Shown: in pieces, positions 61,252-64,000 of the stretch | Layout of the letters: each line of letters begins with the position of its first letter | How positions within the stretch are numbered: position 1 is the stretch's first letter | Origin: an uncultured delta proteobacterium | GTDB lineage: Bacteria; Desulfobacterota; Syntrophobacteria; BM002 | DNA length: 64,000 nt | Assembly: GCA_963712115.1 (NCBI GenBank) | Contig: CAVQGX010000032.1 | Coordinates: forward strand, 1-64,000 | Direction: 5' to 3' | Notes under the pieces: generated by a model | What the model saw: the letters and a program-made list of their open reading frames with translations, nothing else | The model's database searches: none | Told to the model about the DNA's origin: nothing | Program-made: the position numbers and the translations under genes

Positions 61252-62943
61252 CTAATCCTTCACCGAGCAACGAACTACCTCCTCAACCGTTGTAATTCCT
61301 TCTTTTAGTTTATTAATACCGGATTGCCTTAGGGTTAGCATTCCCAAACGCATCGCCTCACGCTTGATTTCCGTGCTGGAAGCGCCCACGAGAACCAATT
61401 CCTTGATCTCCTCATACATCGGCATAACCTCGTAAAGAGCTATGCGCCCTTTATACCCAGTTTGGCTACAGGTGTTACAGCCCGTGCCATGATTGCATTT
61501 AAAGCTTCCCACCTCTTCTTCGGGCACCCCCAAATCCAGCAGGGTCTCTTTTGGAATTTCTATTTCTTCTTTGCAATCCATGCAGACCCGACGAGCCAGT
61601 CGCTGGGCGAGGATAAGGTTGACAGCCGAGGACACCAGAAAGGGCTCCACCCCCATGTTGAGCATACGATTGACCGTACTGGGTGCATCATTGGTGTGCA
61701 GGGTGCTCAAAACCATGTGTCCTGTGAGCGCAGCTTTGATTGAAATCTCCGCGGTCTCAAAGTCGCGGACTTCCCCCACCATAATTATGTCCGGGTCTTG
61801 GCGCAGAAATGAGCGCAGACATGCAGCGAAGGACAGTCCGATGGCTTCATGTATCTGCACCTGATTTATGCCACCCAGGTTAAATTCCACCGGGTCTTCA
61901 GCGGTGGAAATATTCTCTGTTGTTTTGTTCAGTTCTGAAAGTGCACTATAAAGTGTTGTAGTCTTACCACTTCCCGTGGGTCCTGTCACCAGCACCATCC
62001 CAAAGGGTTTGTATATAGCATCTTTGAAATTAGCAAGTTGTTTTACCTCGAAACCCAACTTTGTCATGTCAAGTTGGAGATTGGACTTGTCAAGAAGTCG
62101 AAGCACTACCTTTTCCCCAAACAGGGTCGGCAGCACAGAGACGCGGAAATCCATTTCCTTGCCCTTGGTCTTCAATTTGATCCGACCGTCTTGGGGAAGG
62201 CGGCGTTCCGCTATGTCCAGCCTCGACATGATCTTCACCCGCGAGATAAGAGCATTCTTGAGTTTCATCGGCGGCTTCATAACTTCGTAAAGCACACCGT
62301 CAATCCGATAGCGCACCCGGAAGCTTTTTTCATAAGGCTCAATATGGATATCACTGGCCGCTTTCTTGATGGCATCTACCAAAATAAGATTCACCAGTTT
62401 GACCACCGGCGCCTGCTCGGCTGCGCTTTCCAGTTCGCCGAGATCTAGGTCCTCAGAACCCTGGACCACGTCAACCCCATCTTCATCGAACTCCTGCATG
62501 ACATCTTCTAAAGCAGCACCTGCATCATAGAACCTGTCCATGGCAGATTTTATGGAACTTTCGGTGGCGACGGTGACACGAATGTTCTTTCTGGTGAGAA
62601 ACTTAATGTCGTCAATAATGAATATATTGGAGGGGTCTACCATTGCTATGGTAAGGGTTTGTCCTTCCAGGGATATGGGAACTATTCTATACTTATTGAC
62701 TATATTCCCGGGGATCATCTCGATGACGTCAGGATCTACGTCCAGCTTGGAAGGATCAGTGGAGGGAACTCCAAATTGCTTGCTCAGAAACTCCATGAGC
62801 TCGGCCTCTTCGATATATCCCATCTTGACGAGGTTGCTACCCAGCATACCCCCGTTGGCCTTTTGCTCTTGGAGTGCATTCTCCAGCTGTTCGGGCGTGA
62901 TCAGACCCTCACGCACCAAGAAATTACCCAACTTCTGCGCCAT
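61252..62943 (-). CDS. pilB: Type IV pilus extension ATPase PilB
   Basis: N-terminal KLGNFLVREGLI (MshEN-like), ASDIHIEP, GPTGSGKTTT, LRQDPD, four-Cys zinc motif. Confidence 0.94.
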   Translation of the reverse strand: MAQKLGNFLVREGLITPEQLENALQEQKANGGMLGSNLVKMGYIEEAELMEFLSKQFGVPSTDPSKLDVDPDVIEMIPGNIVNKYRIVPISLEGQTLTIAMVDPSNIFIIDDIKFLTRKNIRVTVATESSIKSAMDRFYDAGAALEDVMQEFDEDGVDVVQGSEDLDLGELESAAEQAPVVKLVNLILVDAIKKAASDIHIEPYEKSFRVRYRIDGVLYEVMKPPMKLKNALISRVKIMSRLDIAERRLPQDGRIKLKTKGKEMDFRVSVLPTLFGEKVVLRLLDKSNLQLDMTKLGFEVKQLANFKDAIYKPFGMVLVTGPTGSGKTTTLYSALSELNKTTENISTAEDPVEFNLGGINQVQIHEAIGLSFAACLRSFLRQDPDIIMVGEVRDFETAEISIKAALTGHMVLSTLHTNDAPSTVNRMLNMGVEPFLVSSAVNLILAQRLARRVCMDCKEEIEIPKETLLDLGVPEEEVGSFKCNHGTGCNTCSQTGYKGRIALYEVMPMYEEIKELVLVGASSTEIKREAMRLGMLTLRQSGINKLKEGITTVEEVVRCSVKD

Positions 62944-63258
62944 ATGCCGACCCTTAACTCCTCTGGCAGGATCTTTTTAACTTCGGTCTTGGGCTATTTA
63001 TGCAAAATACAGACCAAGGACCATAGTATTGATCCTTACCAGCAAATCCAACCTTTTTTGGATGGCGAAGGCAAGGCAATACCAGAAATCATTAATGATA
63101 ATTTAAACTCAGGCAAATGGATTTTCTTTGTCAAGGTAAAACTCCATGCGGTGAGGACTGATAGCTTGTTATAAAAATCTGCCCTATCCGCCATCGCAGC
63201 AGGCGATTCGCAACACTGCCAGGCAGGTCCAGCCGGTGCTTCAATTGACGCATAACTT

Positions 63259-64000
63259 TTAGCTCAACGCAGTGAGAGCTTCACTTAACCTGTCCATCCC
63301 CTTGTCGATTTGCTCCATGGAGATGGCGAAGGATAACCGCAGGCAGCTATCCTCTCCAAAAGCCACTCCAGGAACTACCGCTAAATGCACCTTATCCATG
63401 AGGTAAGCAGACAAGTCAAGAGAACCCCCGATGACCTGGTCATCGTAAGCACGACCGAAATAGGAAGAGAAATTAGCGAAAATATAAAATGTCCCCGTGG
63501 GCCTGATTACCCTCACTCCGGGCAGGCTTTCCAAGCGCGACGTCATATGGTCGCGCCTTTTTTCAAATGCCGCCACCATTTCGTCCACACAGTCTTGAGG
63601 ACCCGCAAGTGCCGCAACTGCAGCCTTCTGGGCTATGGAGTTGGGATTTGAGGTGCTCTGACTCTGAATCTTTGTTACCGCCCCTACCACCTCAGGCGGC
63701 CCTGCTAGATATCCTATTCTCCAGCCAGTCATAGCGTAGGTCTTAGAAACCCCATTTACTATTATCGTTTGTTTCCGCAGCTCCTCACCAAGCATAGCCA
63801 AATTGACCCAAGGCTGCCCTTGAAACAAAATCCGGTAATATATGTCGTCGGATATCACTGGCAGACCGTGCTGTAAAACAACCGGCGCCAGCTTCTCCAG
63901 TTCTTCTTTGGTGTATGTGGAACCGGTGGGATTAGATGGACTGTTAAGGATCAAACCTTTGCTTTTGGCAGTGATCGCCTCCTCGAGGACCTCCGGTCTG
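63259..64000 (-). CDS. PLP-dependent aminotransferase class I (aspartate aminotransferase), 5' end outside the window
   Basis: LNSPSNPTG, SDDIY, NGVSKTYAMTGWRIGY, VVPGVAFG, LRLSFA. Confidence 0.9.
   Translation of the reverse strand, partial: RPEVLEEAITAKSKGLILNSPSNPTGSTYTKEELEKLAPVVLQHGLPVISDDIYYRILFQGQPWVNLAMLGEELRKQTIIVNGVSKTYAMTGWRIGYLAGPPEVVGAVTKIQSQSTSNPNSIAQKAAVAALAGPQDCVDEMVAAFEKRRDHMTSRLESLPGVRVIRPTGTFYIFANFSSYFGRAYDDQVIGGSLDLSAYLMDKVHLAVVPGVAFGEDSCLRLSFAISMEQIDKGMDRLSEALTALS

Noticed and set aside
1294-63651. Numerous 60-230 aa opposite-strand or alternate-frame ORFs (e.g. 17276-17956, 19043-19702, 56990-57619, 58990-59628)
   Set aside because: They are shadow ORFs overlapping well-supported genes and carry no motifs
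1-64000. tRNA, rRNA, riboswitch, transposase or prophage genes
   Set aside because: No recognisable signature was seen by eye; a tRNAscan/Infernal run would be needed to exclude small RNAs

Overview
This is a 64-kb cell-envelope locus, most likely from a Desulfobacterota/deltaproteobacterial genome (inferred from the lysS-lolCE-lolD-bamA-skp-lpxD-fabZ-lpxA-lpxI-lpxB-msbA synteny, pilB-pilC-pilS and the intergenic repeat types). The left part (0.2-30.4 kb) is accessory-like. It starts with a sigma54-type promoter driving a bacterial sphingolipid cassette (fatty acyl-AMP ligase, CerR-like reductase, ACP, serine palmitoyltransferase). Next come an MsbA/PglK-like exporter and an atypical ulosonic-acid operon (NeuB-SDR-ALDH-NeuA-transketolase, with no NeuC/Leg/Pse genes). 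These are followed by four paralogous putative CMP-ulosonate transferases, five sulfotransferases and two O-methyltransferases, partly in a duplicated divergent-promoter module. The best candidate for an undescribed system is a pathway for ulosonylated, sulfated (ganglioside/sulfatide-like) glycosphingolipids. The right part (30.6-64 kb, minus strand) holds LPS core and lipid A genes (including an LpxI-GnnA-like fusion and three tandem LPS kinases), Bam/Lol, lysS, type IV pilus genes lacking pilT and pilR, and a truncated aminotransferase. Intergenic gaps contain nested miniature inverted-repeat elements, one present both empty and filled. Many single-base frameshifts (12.7-30.4 kb and lpxK) are probably sequencing errors. 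No rRNA, tRNA or CRISPR array was seen.
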